This document shows positions 23,640 through 36,232 of a stretch of 56,443 bases of DNA, piece by piece. Positions within the stretch are counted from its first letter, which is position 1; every line of letters starts with the position of its first letter. The notes beneath the pieces are model-generated. The model did no database searches. It worked only from the letters and a program-made list of their open reading frames with translations, and was not told the origin of the DNA. Origin of the DNA: Dimorphilus gyrociliatus (Eukaryota; Animalia; Annelida); assembly GCA_904063045.1 (NCBI GenBank), contig CAJFCJ010000106.1, positions 60,472-116,914 of the forward strand. The letters run 5' to 3'. Both the position numbers and the translations under genes were made by a program.

Positions 23640-26600
23640 AAGAGAGAAAGAAAGAGAACATTGGATCTCAACTAAGGTTCAGGGAAAACACTTTAAATTC
23701 AAGGACATTTTCTGTCTCTCTACTAACAACTTACCACATCCTACTTCATCATCTCCATATAAACAATGGGAAATTCCATCACAAACATTTTCCACTGATA
23801 TACAATACTTGTTCATTTTACACTGATATTCGCCACATTGGCAAATTTTGGAACATTCACGTAATTGGTTGAAAGGTGGTTGTGGTTTTGTAATTAAATA
23901 TTCAGCAGTTGTAAATTCAAGTTTGCATGTAACAGGTGAATATTTTGAAAAGAATGATGTTTCTCTCCTTTCTCTATAAATAGAGCTTTCTAATAAAATG
24001 ATTATTTTTTTTATTAAAAAAATCTACTGAAATTGACCTATTAAGAGATTTTTTTGTTTCTAGTTGTTGTTATTTGTGTTTGTGTGTGTTTGTTTGTCTC
24101 ACTGATAGGGTTAGGAATGTTAAGTTTATAAAAGTATTGGTTTATTTAACTAGCAGAATGTTTTTATTTTTTGTAAACAACAACTAGCCAATAAGATCTC
24201 CCATGATTTATTGCAATGGAAAATCACTTTCAGGATCTAGGCCAGAATAGATTGCCGGCATCTTGTTTCTAGAACAGATATTAGTTAAATCATCTTCATC
24301 ATTTCTTCTTAAACAATCACTTTTGAAATCACATACATGAAAATCAGGAATGCATTTATCTAGGCAAGAATACTGATCTTTTCCACATTGAATCCCTTTG
24401 TGTTTCAAAAAGAAAAAAATTGTTTCAAGTTATCCCGATAGGTAGCGCCTCTTTAAGAAAATTTGGGTTATTAAAAATCTGTCTATCAGACAATTAAAAA
24501 TATTTGAAACCGTTCTTTTCCAACCCAAATTTTATAACAAAATTAAATTTTAGATCAAACCTGTACAGAATTCATCCGAATAATCAATACAATCTCTATA
24601 ATTATCGCATCTTTTCGTTCCCTCTATACATTCACCATGTTTACATTGTCTATTAGAAGCTCTCTCTTAATAATTGTTTAATTTTTTTTGTTTTAACATT
24701 CCTCACATTTCTGATAATGAACAGTTTGAATATGCTGACAATAAAAATGGAACAAATTAAATTATAATATTGAAAAACATGATAATATTTTTTTTTTATT
24801 ACAACAAAAATTTTCATCATTTCCATTTGGACAATCTTCCACTTGGTTGCAAACTAGAGATATGGAAACAGTTTGTGATGGATATGAGCAGAAAAATACA
24901 TCAATTTCTTTATAAGTGCAATTTGCTTCATCTGAACCATCAATACAGTCCAACCAATGATCGCATACAGAAATACTTGATATGCATATTGATTCATTAA
25001 TACAGAGAAATTGCCCAAAGTTACAGGTAAAATTGAATTGATTACAACTTTCTATAGATGGAATTATATGAAAATCAGCTGAAAAGATTCATTGATTATT
25101 TTTTTAAATGATTATAGAAAAAGTGGGATCAAATGTAAAATGGCTTCAAAGTAGTAGATTTGAGGATGGAAAATTTTTGGGTGGAGATAGAAATTGGTTA
25201 GGGATTAAAACAAAAATGCATTTATTGATTTGTTGTTTGAAAAGGGGAGTTGGTTAAGGAACAAAGGTTAGGGATACACAAGGGCTAGGTTAGGTTTAGG
25301 GTAAAAATAATCACATGCATTTTTGGGGCCACGTTCTTATATATAAATATATTACGTAATTTGATTTCGCAAACAACATTGGAAAAGGTGATTTTCTCTT
25401 TAGGAATTGTAGTAATAATAGTATTATAATAGGCATCCATGACAGAAAACAGTCTTCTCTTGATAAATGGCCAAATACTGATTATATTGTCACCTTCATT
25501 TATATTCTGATCAGGTTCCGGTCTATAAACGTAGTCTCCTTTAGGCCTATAAATAAAAGAATAGACAGAATGTTTTACCAGTTGAAAAATAGGCAAAAAA
25601 TAATTATCACTCTAAAAAAATTGACCAAAGACCAATTAAATTGTAGGGAACATTATGATAATTAACAAGGATAGTTTGATTATTTTTCAATTTTATTCTC
25701 TTGCTACCTGGAATTGATTATATATGAAAAATATATACAATTTAGAGAAAGAAACGCCCAAAACCTAATGGAAGTGTTTTACGAATTGTAATCTGATTTT
25801 TCTCAAAGTAAAAACCAAATTTAATTAAAGCCATATGAGATAATGATGAAAGGCTTAACAATTGTAAATTGTTTTTAATACAAAATTCATTAGCCCTATC
25901 CCATTCCAAGGCATCACTAAAGTAGAAATAGTAATAGCAAATATTTTCGTACGATGCTGAATGAAAACTTTTTGAAATTTGGGGACAAACTACTCCAAAA
26001 GAAAATTTGTTTTTTAATGTAATTTTATCTCAAACAATTGACAAACTTTTTGTTTCTATATCATTTCTGCATTCCAATAGAATATCCATCTTATTCACAT
26101 TTAATAGATTGTCGCTAAGCCAATCTCTTATTTCGCAATCACTCAATACAGTTGTATTAGACTGGCATTCAATTGAGTAGAGTACCCTTTGTATTTGAGA
26201 AAATGAATTAAAATTGAGTTTGTTTATACCAGTTTTATAATTAAAAAATTGGCAAACAATCTGAAAAAAAAACAAAGTCTTTTTATTTTCTTTCTTTAGC
26301 TTTATAAATTTTTATATCAACATTTGATTTGTGTTTATTCCATCCTTTATTTGATATATAAAATATTTCATTCATATATTCAACTTCTAAAATACCAAGT
26401 ACACCATTTGAATTTTTGTAGCCATTTTGATAATTAATAATTAATTTTTCACCAAAATTATCAAATCCATCTTTTAATAGAACATTTTGTTCTTTAGAAA
26501 CATTTCTCTCTTCTCTACAACTGTAAAAGTAGACTTTAAGATAATTATTTTTGTATATTGGAAATTGAATTTTGCAATCATCAATTGATTGAGAATTTAA

Positions 26601-27726
26601 TTGGCAGGTAATATCAGGAATCAGTTTCCTGATTTCTCTATCCATCCACATTCCAATAGTAATTGAGTTTAGTGTGCCAATGAATTTCATATTTGGAATT
26701 TTTCCTTCATGCTTACAAAAAGTTCTTATATTGTTGAACATTTTATGTTTGTCATACTGTTTTAATATGTATTTAACAGGTAGACGTAATCCATTGATGT
26801 TTGTTACAAAATGCAGTTTATTATAATTCATGAGTAGTTTATCATTAGTAAAAATAGATGATGGATAAGTGGAAAATGTTAATTTTTCATTCTTGCATTT
26901 AATATCGCAAATAGTAGTAATATTATTAGTTTGATTTAGTGAAATAATATGGCCATTATTATTGATAATTAACAAAGTTTCATTTGAAATTTTCTCTGTT
27001 TTTTCCAATTTATAATATTCATTTAAAACTATTGACATTTTGCAGATTTTCTTTATAAAATTCTCATCATTAAAGGTAGTATTACGGTTCATTTTAGCGC
27101 AAAATTGAAAAGAACTATCATGTTTCCGTAAGTATAAAATCCCTTTTTTGTGATTTTTATCACCAGAATTTTTCCAATAGAAATCTTTGATTAAGGAATA
27201 AAAAAATAATTATTGAATTGTTATTATAATCCATTGATTTTTTACAATGTTGTTTTCTCTTGAAACATTGAATGCAATAAACTTCCTTTTCAGTGTAGGT
27301 TAAAGTTCTACAGTTTTTTCTATAACTGCAAACTACAATTGCCACTTTAATTTCTTTGTCTTTTTTTTATGTTTTAGATGAAAGGAACAATTAAGAAACA
27401 ATTAAATTTTTCTCCCAATTTTTTCTATTATATAAACCTCTTATTCCACATTGCAGTCCAACACTATAGAGTCGATCATATCCCAATCGAATGCAAATTT
27501 CTCTAATCACTCTTTTCTCAATATTAAGGGCACGCAATTGAATTGGATAATCCCTATTATCAATAGTTGTTGTAATTGGACCAAAACAAAAATATTCATT
27601 GCATTCTGTATGATTTTTAAAGTATTTTAAATTTTTCAATTTTGATATAACAGACATTGCTTGAATATTTAATGTTATTCTTATAAAAATTTCTGATAAA
27701 ACTAATAGTAAAATTTTATTCTCCAT
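21112..27726 (-). CDS. GRL101/LGR-like paralogue 3: SP, SRCR-like, LDLa repeats, LRR, divergent 7TM, in-frame C-terminal pseudokinase
   Basis: ATG 27726. SRCR motifs (ICIRLGY; GILEVEY...KGWN...VCQFFNY...ECQSN..VLSDC). LDLa exons 23700-25050. 428-aa LDLa-LRR-TM1-4 ORF 22272-23558. Canonical introns then link 22010-22225, the TM7 exon (ends 21812) and exons 21589-21671, 21309-21478 and 21112-21252 in frame. The 5' exon model is approximate. Confidence 0.85.
21688..21720. repeat. (GA)n microsatellite in intron
   Basis: Direct reading; lies in the 21672-21811 intron. Confidence 0.95.
23596..23658. repeat. (GA)n/(GAAA) microsatellite in intron
   Basis: Direct reading; produces the spurious ERERER ORFs 23518+ and 23594+. 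Confidence 0.95.
25160..25336. mobile_element. Eroded MITE with ttaggg-like interior
   Basis: ggttagggatacacaagggctaggttaggtttagggtaaaa...atgcatttttgggg resembles the 45734-45932 copy; termini decayed. Confidence 0.5.
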
Positions 27727-28487
27727 AGCCAATATTGAAAATAAGAATAATCAACAGCATTATTTTCATTTCTCCTCTCCCCAGATATTATCACTCTCTT
27801 TCAATTAATTTAATGTTATTTTTCTACATTTTATTATTAATGGAAAATTCCTTCTTCTGTCTCTTTTATTTAAATATATAACCTATATAAATTTATTACA
27901 TGTAATTTGTGTGTCACATCTTCAGACTGATATTTTTAACATAAAAAACTGTTTGGATCAACAGCAGTATTTTAATGGTTTAATTAAACTTACTATTTTG
28001 AATTACAATTTTTTCGAATGAGCCACTCAAATCTAGTGAATTTTTTGTTTAGTATAATGTAAAAATTGACCCTTATGGGTCAAGCAAGATAAACATCAGG
28101 TTGTTTACCAGATCATTACACAATATAATAACTTGACAAAACTGAGGGTTTAACTTTTGTTGCTAACACCTTATACAGAAACAACTTAAAAGAAATTGTG
28201 TAAAAGCTTGAGCGTAGGTAATAGTAAACATTCAGACCTACATGTCAGTATAAAGTAAATCTTTGATTTCCAGTATCTATCATAATTGATTTAAGGGAAT
28301 TGTGAATTGAAAACATTCACTTGAATGGCTGATTGACAATTTTAAAGGTTCCAGGTACAGTTGGTAACTTATTGGGTTATTTTCCCTAATTGAATTTATA
28401 CATCAATCTCTGGTCCAAGTATAGAACAGTGACACTGGCATGTAAATTTGGCTTGTATTTGTTCTTGAGATATTTTTCTCTCTTGTA

Positions 28488-28585
28488 AATGCAGTTGAAT
28501 GTGTACAAAAATGGGAATTATGTGATAAATTTATCAAATGTATAGATTTAAGTGATGAAAATCAAGATAAATGCTTTAATCTGGG
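28488..28585 (+). other. Isolated LDLa-domain exon (mirrored at ~39089-39186 on minus)
   Basis: Translates ECVQKWELCDKFIKCIDLSDENQDKCFNL, followed by a gtgagt donor. Rest of the gene not resolved. Confidence 0.55.
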
Positions 28586-28742
28586 TGAGTAGTTTAAAGG
28601 AATGTTAAAATGAATAGTATAATGAACTTCTAAAATATAAATTTTAAAAAGAATATAAAATTATTGTCACATTTATTGAATAATAAAAACTTAAGACTTC
28701 ATAAAAAAATTAACTCTAGTTATAAAGTGAAGGTCTAAAATA

Positions 28743-30358
28743 CCCGGACACCGTAAATTTTGATAGGCCAAAGATTAAAAATCTTTTTCTTGATCAAAAA
28801 AGATTTTTTTTTCTATTTTTTAGCAATGAAATATTAGGCGAAACTTGGATCTACATAGAAATTTCTATCAAATAGTATTTAGATAAGTTTTTACATAATT
28901 TTTTTCATTTTTATATAGTGTATATTTTCATAAGTTTTTTTCTTATTTGGCTGTGAGTCACATTATTCTGGACAATGGTCTGGGGACTAATATTTTTACT
29001 ACTTCTGTATTTGGTGACCTTCTTTCTCAATGCACGTAATGATCCTACCCCCCATTCCAGCATACAGATTTGGTAGCAAGTCAGGATTTTTGTTTATAAG
29101 TTTGTAGGAACAGTTTTTAATTTTCTCCCATAGTTCATCTTCTGATGTGAATTGTGCCCCATTGTAAACCAAATTTTTGGTCAGGTGCCACACATTTTCT
29201 ATTGGGCTAAGATCAGGGCTCTTAGCTGGCCAATCAATTGAATGTATGCCGTTCATCCTGAATGCCCTGCTGGTAACTCTTGCAGTATGGCACCCAGCAT
29301 TATCCTGCTGGAAGATATAATCTCTCCCCATTTTATCTGAGATTTCTTCTATAACTGGGAGAACATCTTCGACCACAAATGTAGCATAGTTTTGGGCATT
29401 CAATCTTTTGCTTACTCTCCATACCTCAAACACACCATCCGAGGTTATCAGTCCCCAAACCATTACTCCACCTCTGCCCATATTTTTTGTTAATCTCATC
29501 TCTTTTACCCTGTCATTTGTCCAGGTCCTGAAGTTGTCAGGACCACTCAATGAAACCTTGCCTCATCCGTAAATATGACTCTTGACCAATCTAAGTTATC
29601 TCGAATAGTTTTTAAACAATACTGTTTCCTTCTTTTGCAGTCATTGCTTGTGAGATCAACTCTTTGTCGAATTCGTTTATAACAAAAATTTTGCAATTTC
29701 AACTCTCTCTGAATTGTCTTCAGGCCTACATCTACCTCTAATTCATTTAAAATCTTCCTAGCAGTTACCCTTTCCTTGTTTCTTTTAAGTCTCTTCACAA
29801 TCCTATTCATTCTTGCTACATCTCTTTCTGTGAGTCTCTTTGGACGACCCCTTGTTTGGGTGGCTTATACCTTAAAATGTTGCTAACTGTAGATGATGCC
29901 ATTCCCAAAGCCCTTGCAGTTTCCCTTACTTTCCCCAATTCTTCATATTTCTGGATTACCAGGTTCCTAACCTCTTTTCCCCATGCCATAATGAAATAAA
30001 TGATATAAAAATTAACTAAAGTAGGTAAAATAGATAATAAGTAATCAACTTAACTTGGAAATTAATTTTGTTGAAAAAAATATCAGTTTAAGATGTCTAT
30101 TTAAACGCAAAACTGGATGTAATCCGGATGTACGGTTAATTTGGACTTACAGCCAAATAAAGAAAAAAACAATAAAAATTAATAAAAAAATTTTGCTAAT
30201 AATTTTCACAAATATGATAATTTTCTATAATTTTTTTCAGTATTACATAAATATAACTCTTTCTTCATGGAAATTTAGACAAAAAAACCAATTGAAAACA
30301 AAGATAACATTTCTGGGGTGTTTTCAAAATTGGCCTATCAAAATTTATAGTGTCCGAG
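28743..30358 (-). mobile_element. Full-length Tc1/Tc3-like DD34E element (left-arm copy)
   Basis: ~27-bp TIRs (c[c/t]cggacac...aaattttgataggcc) with TA on both sides. Transposase motifs FTDEARF, QQDNA, WPAKSPDLSPIENVW, with 34 residues between the second D and E. Two frameshifts. Confidence 0.95.
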
Positions 30359-30777
30359 TATTTTAGGCCTTGACTTTATACAACATCTACTTTGGAGTAA
30401 ACAGGTCTATGTGGCGATTACAAAGACCTATAGCTAATAATTGCTTGTGTTTGTTTTTTTGTTTGGTCCTATACACGTAAGAGAGGAAAACACAAATGGA
30501 ATCTGTAGTATGATACGCAGCGACCTCTGTGTCCTAGTTTCGTATGTTGTGAAGAGAAATGTGAAAGAATGATTGTGTGTTGGAATTTAGTTTATTGTTG
30601 ATTGGTATTGTTTGTTTTGAAGTGTTTATTATCAGTGAGGTGAGAACAGCAATGACTGCATTGAAATAAATCATTAAAAGTTGTAATTTATTTGTAATAA
30701 TTGGTTAGGAAACTTTCATCAAAATCTAGCCATTAAAAACCATTCAAGAGAAATGCCACTTATCCGTAATTCTAGCC

Positions 30778-31432
30778 TTATTGAGCTGCCAGCGCATTTA
30801 TTGCTCTTGATTGAAGCAACTTTATATCATTTCCCTTTTCGACAATGTTTAAGAAGATTTTCCTATATTTCGGTGGTGGTTACCTTATTTGGAGCAAGGC
30901 ATCTTAAGACTGGGTAGAGTACTTTTACAACGGGTTCTGCAGCTCCGTATGTTCTGGAACTAACCTCTCCTATCGGTTTTATAACTGCTAAACGAAAAAC
31001 ATATCCTTTTTCCCAGAATGAATGATATAATTTTCAGTTTTCCCCCTAGCATCTTTCCAAAAAGACCCACTACTTTCTGTAGGATCACTGCCCTCTGCTG
31101 ATATATATAAAAACGTCAGATCCGGATTTTGCTGCCAGAGACGTCGGCAAACAATTTTGTAAGACCAAACGTCATTTTGTGATAATATTCTTCCTTTGCC
31201 CGAAAAGCAGTAATACCAATTGAAAAGAAGCAAGCATCGTAGCCCTTCAACTCCTCCTTAATGGAATCCAATTCGAACATATCCGTCAATAAATTTCCTT
31301 CACCTTCGGATGGTTAAAACCAATGCTCTTTCGGTTGATTATTAACACTTCTTCCACTCTACTGTCTTTGACGCATTGCAGCAATGCTCCTTTTCCCATT
31401 AAGCCAGATGATCCTGTAATCACTACTTTCAT
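30778..31432 (-). pseudogene. Left-arm mirror of the NAD(P)-dependent epimerase, broken by 1-nt homopolymer deletions
   Basis: Reverse complement of 36233-36892 with missing bases at ~31273 and ~31010; probably sequencing error. Confidence 0.85.
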
Positions 31433-31949
31433 ACCTTTCTGTTTGAACACCATCAATCTAAGTAATGATAGATATAACATTGTACTAAAATCATGTAATT
31501 TTGATAAAAATTAAAATTACAAAGACACAAGTTCAATATTTACCGGCTTTGTAAATCAAAATGAAGGTAATCTTAACGAAATATGGCAGGGAGGAAGCAC
31601 CATCTCATGTTAAAGCGCCATCTGTAGTTTGTTAAATATTAATAAACAAGCATAATTGTCCTACTTTTGCAACTTTGTTCTGCTCTATATGCAACAGAGT
31701 AATAGTAGTAGTATAGCAGCTGACACAGAGGTTTTCTATAATAGCTGAAAGCATGACATTCAGGTTGATAAACAACATTATTTGCTGCCACAAAACTTTT
31801 TTCTAGCAGCTGATTTGAATTCTTTGCGTTCTATTTTTATAAATTAATTATATTTTAATAATATTTGTTCATATTTATTGTATTTATTCAACAAAGATAT
31901 GAGAGATCTTGTGACCAAGAAATATAAAAAAGTAAGAAAGTTATAAGCA

Positions 31950-32140
31950 ATAGGCAGAATCTAGACTAGCATAAAGCATCTTTAGCTGATGAGGCTAGAT
32001 TCTCACTAAGATGACTTCAGGATGTGGACAAATGATGGTGAAAAAGACTTTAGGGCGACGAAAAATATGGGCAGGGATGGAGTAATGGTTCGGAGACTAA
32101 TAACCTCTGATGGGTTATTCAAAGTAGGGAGGATAAGGAA
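31950..32140 (+). mobile_element. Tc1-family remnant (left-arm mirror of 35525-35715)
   Basis: gatgaggctagattctc...gacttcaggatgtggacaaatgat...ggagtaatggtt matches DEARF...DNFRTW...GVMVW. Confidence 0.75.
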
Positions 32141-32226
32141 ACAGCTTGTGCTGACAAACATAGCTGCTGATATTATGTTCATTTGGTTATGAAATTAATT
32201 AATTATTTATTAATTAAATATATCAG

Positions 32227-33025
32227 TCATTTTCTTCGATATTGTCTATAATTTCGGAAGGGGAGGGGTTTTCTATAATTTTGAGGACGTTTTCTGTCCT
32301 TTTGGAACCATTTTCTGTCATCTTCAAACTTCTTGCGATAACTAGTGAAGGTTCTTAGAGTTGTTCTTGTCCCATTCTGAAGGTTGAGGTTTGATCCAGA
32401 AAGACTAAACCTTGGAAAGTCTAGATGGACTGGAAAATTAATAAATTTAAGGTTACAGAGCTTTAAACCAAGAGAATTTAGGGGACATTCCCAAATTTTG
32501 AATATTCCTCCATCCAGCTTTATATCTTTAAATAGAATAAATCTTTCATTTTGGCAGCCATGTTTTAAAATATATTCAATCTCAGTAGTAAGTTTCTCAT
32601 TGAAATCACAAAAACGTAAATCTAGTTTCTTCAAAGTGTCCAATGACATTTGAAGTCCTTCACAAATATTCTTCACTCCACCACCCAATTCTTTATTCTC
32701 GCATAGAATAATGGATTCAATATGGGAGCAATGCTGTAGCAAATTTCCAAAATCTGTCTACTTTGTTTTTCATTTAAATTACAAGAATGAAAAGTTAAAT
32801 TTTCAAAGTGCTTGATGACATTCGAAGTCCTCGACAAATATCCGCTTTTCCTTTACCTATTTTTCTATTGCCAGTTAGATTTGTTTTTTCAACCATTTTA
32901 TAATTGCTCATCAAATCTAGGAGTTGAAATAGGTCTCTATCAATCAAAGGGCAAGTTTTCAAAAAGATACATTCACGAGATCAGGAATCTATTCCCTAAC
33001 ATCTCTTTCTGCTCAACCTTTCGTT
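32227..33025 (-). pseudogene. RI/NLR-type LRR fragment (left-arm mirror of 34640-35438)
   Basis: Identical 171-aa ORF to 34923-35438. Confidence 0.7.
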
Positions 33026-33067
33026 GAGTTCAATTTTCAAACTGTAGCCGTAAGTAGTGAATATGGG

Positions 33068-33718
33068 TTGGAAACATCCTGGTCAGGCTTTATGTATGAA
33101 GGAAACAATGTATTCTTTGTTGGTAGAAACTCTCCTTTTTTAGAAACAGGATACCAAATACCATTTACTCAAATTGTTGCACTGAGGGGTGCTGCTCTAA
33201 TCATGCAGAATAGAGAGATTCAAGTCTTTTCAACTGGATGGTATTATGTTAATTTTGGCATTGGATTTTTAGGTAGATTATCTTGTTTGGTAAGCCTCGT
33301 GAAAAATGTAGAATCTAGATCTTTTGAAAGATCTATAGCAAAAAACCACATAGATTCAATAGCCACTCAAGCATCTAGAGGAATTATTGTTAAATTGAAT
33401 GAAAATGACAGGATATCATTAAAATTGCATGCTGGTGCATCAACATCAAGTAAAATGTCTACTTACATATCTGGATTTAAATTAAATTTAACTGTGGAAA
33501 GGCCAGCATTCTATGCCTATAGAACTGACAATGTGCTAGGATCATCAAGGGTAAAGATAGCCTATGATGCATGTGTCATTGACACTAATTCTGGTTGGAA
33601 TTCCTCAGAAAATGTTTTAACTAGTGGATTTAATTCAATGCTTGAAAAGAAATTGATATTTGAAAAGCACCATCAAAAGTTCTCTAAAAACTTTTATTTT
33701 GATGTATTATCCACTTAA
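33068..33718 (+). CDS. Truncated mirror copy of the tandem C1q gene, running into spacer sequence
   Basis: Identical to 33977-34597 up to NSSENVLT (33621), then an unrelated tail SGFNSMLEKK... Confidence 0.6.
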   Translation: METSWSGFMYEGNNVFFVGRNSPFLETGYQIPFTQIVALRGAALIMQNREIQVFSTGWYYVNFGIGFLGRLSCLVSLVKNVESRSFERSIAKNHIDSIATQASRGIIVKLNENDRISLKLHAGASTSSKMSTYISGFKLNLTVERPAFYAYRTDNVLGSSRVKIAYDACVIDTNSGWNSSENVLTSGFNSMLEKKLIFEKHHQKFSKNFYFDVLST

Positions 33719-33776
33719 GCTTTGGTAAAAGACAGAATAAATAATCAACTCCACTGGTATTTAAAATACAATTTAA

Positions 33777-34614
33777 TCATGCAACAGTACATAATGCCAA
33801 ATTATAAAGGAGAAATGTAAAACAAAGCCAATGATGTAAATTAGTACTTGTCTCTACCGATACTCTATCATTAACTTGCAATTTTAATAAACCTGCCCTG
33901 CTCATTGTTTCATAGCCTGGTCTTGGTCTTGCTCTTCTCATACCCAATCTTTGTTCATTGTTCACCATAATATATATTATTGATTGTGAATTTGGCCATG
34001 TGCCAACAGACACATCAATATAATATAAACCGGAAATTGCAACGTTAAAACATTTTCTGAGGAATTCCAACCAGAATTAGTGTCAATGACACATGCATCA
34101 TAGGCTATCTTTACCCTTGATGATCCTAGCACATTGTCAGTTCTATAGGCATAGAATGCTGGCCTTTCCACAGTTAAATTTAATTTAAATCCAGATATGT
34201 AAGTAGACATTTTACTTGATGTTGATGCACCAGCATGCAATTTTAATGATATCCTGTCATTTTCATTCAATTTAACAATAATTCCTCTAGATGCTTGAGT
34301 GGCTATTGAATCTATGTGGTTTTTTGCTATAGATCTTTCAAAAGATCTAGATTCTACATTTTTCACGAGGCTTACCAAACAAGATAATCTACCTAAAAAT
34401 CCAATGCCAAAATTAACATAATACCATCCAGTTGAAAAGACTTGAATCTCTCTATTCTGCATGATTAGAGCAGCACCCCTCAGTGCAACAATTTGAGTAA
34501 ATGGTATTTGGTATCCTGTTTCTAAAAAAGGAGAGTTTCTACCAACAAAGAATACATTGTTTCCTTCATACATAAAGCCTGACCAGGATGTTTCCAACCC
34601 ATATTCACTACTTA
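33777..34614 (-). CDS. Tandem (multi-)C1q domain gene, 3' portion; one frameshift
   Basis: End of one C1q domain (ETSWSGF), a full domain (F.V...GWYYVNF...ASRGIIVKLNENDRI...TYISGF) and a third (PAFYAY...YD..VIDTNSGWN...; AISGLYYIDV...LKLQVNDRVSV). The third domain needs one extra T in the run near 34047. Confidence 0.8.
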
Positions 34615-34639
34615 CGGCTACAGTTTGAAAATTGAACTC

Positions 34640-35438
34640 AACGAAAGGTTGAGCAGAAAGAGATGTTAGGGAATAGATTCCTGATCTCGTGAATGTATCT
34701 TTTTGAAAACTTGCCCTTTGATTGATAGAGACCTATTTCAACTCCTAGATTTGATGAGCAATTATAAAATGGTTGAAAAAACAAATCTAACTGGCAATAG
34801 AAAAATAGGTAAAGGAAAAGCGGATATTTGTCGAGGACTTCGAATGTCATCAAGCACTTTGAAAATTTAACTTTTCATTCTTGTAATTTAAATGAAAAAC
34901 AAAGTAGACAGATTTTGGAAATTTGCTACAGCATTGCTCCCATATTGAATCCATTATTCTATGCGAGAATAAAGAATTGGGTGGTGGAGTGAAGAATATT
35001 TGTGAAGGACTTCAAATGTCATTGGACACTTTGAAGAAACTAGATTTACGTTTTTGTGATTTCAATGAGAAACTTACTACTGAGATTGAATATATTTTAA
35101 AACATGGCTGCCAAAATGAAAGATTTATTCTATTTAAAGATATAAAGCTGGATGGAGGAATATTCAAAATTTGGGAATGTCCCCTAAATTCTCTTGGTTT
35201 AAAGCTCTGTAACCTTAAATTTATTAATTTTCCAGTCCATCTAGACTTTCCAAGGTTTAGTCTTTCTGGATCAAACCTCAACCTTCAGAATGGGACAAGA
35301 ACAACTCTAAGAACCTTCACTAGTTATCGCAAGAAGTTTGAAGATGACAGAAAATGGTTCCAAAAGGACAGAAAACGTCCTCAAAATTATAGAAAACCCC
35401 TCCCCTTCCGAAATTATAGACAATATCGAAGAAAATGA
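34640..35438 (+). pseudogene. RI/NLR-type LRR fragment
   Basis: Repeating unit L..C..I..I.L..N..LG.G...IC.GL..S..TLKKLDL..C. The upstream repeat (NLTGNRKIGKG.ADICRGLRMSSSTLK) is frameshifted. Confidence 0.75.
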
Positions 35439-35524
35439 CTGATATATTTAATTAATAAATAATTAATTAATTTCATAACCAAATGAACATAATATCAGCA
35501 GCTATGTTTGTCAGCACAAGCTGT

Positions 35525-35715
35525 TTCCTTATCCTCCCTACTTTGAATAACCCATCAGAGGTTATTAGTCTCCGAACCATTACTCCATCCCTGCCCATAT
35601 TTTTCGTCGCCCTAAAGTCTTTTTCACCATCATTTGTCCACATCCTGAAGTCATCTTAGTGAGAATCTAGCCTCATCAGCTAAAGATGCTTTATGCTAGT
35701 CTAGATTCTGCCTAT
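35525..35715 (-). mobile_element. Tc1-family remnant
   Basis: Eroded antisense match to the DEARF-GVMVW region of the transposase. Confidence 0.75.
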
Positions 35716-36232
35716 TGCTTATAACTTTCTTACTTTTTTATATTTCTTGGTCACAAGATCTCTCATATCTTTGTTGAATAAATACAATAAATATGAACAA
35801 ATATTATTAAAATATAATTAATTTATAAAAATAGAACGCAAAGAATTCAAATCAGCTGCTAGAAAAAAGTTTTGTGGCAGCAAATAATGTTGTTTATCAA
35901 CCTGAATGTCATGCTTTCAGCTATTATAGAAAACCTCTGTGTCAGCTGCTATACTACTACTATTACTCTGTTGCATATAGAGCAGAACAAAGTTGCAAAA
36001 GTAGGACAATTATGCTTGTTTATTAATATTTAACAAACTACAGATGGCGCTTTAACATGAGATGGTGCTTCCTCCCTGCCATATTTCGTTAAGATTACCT
36101 TCATTTTGATTTACAAAGCCGGTAAATATTGAACTTGTGTCTTTGTAATTTTAATTTTTATCAAAATTACATGATTTTAGTACAATGTTATATCTATCAT
36201 TACTTAGATTGATGGTGTTCAAACAGAAAGGT

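Noticed and set aside
21621-23872. Plus-strand ORFs 21621, 23518 and 23594 with ERERER runs
   Set aside because: Translations of intronic (GA)n microsatellites antisense to paralogue 3.
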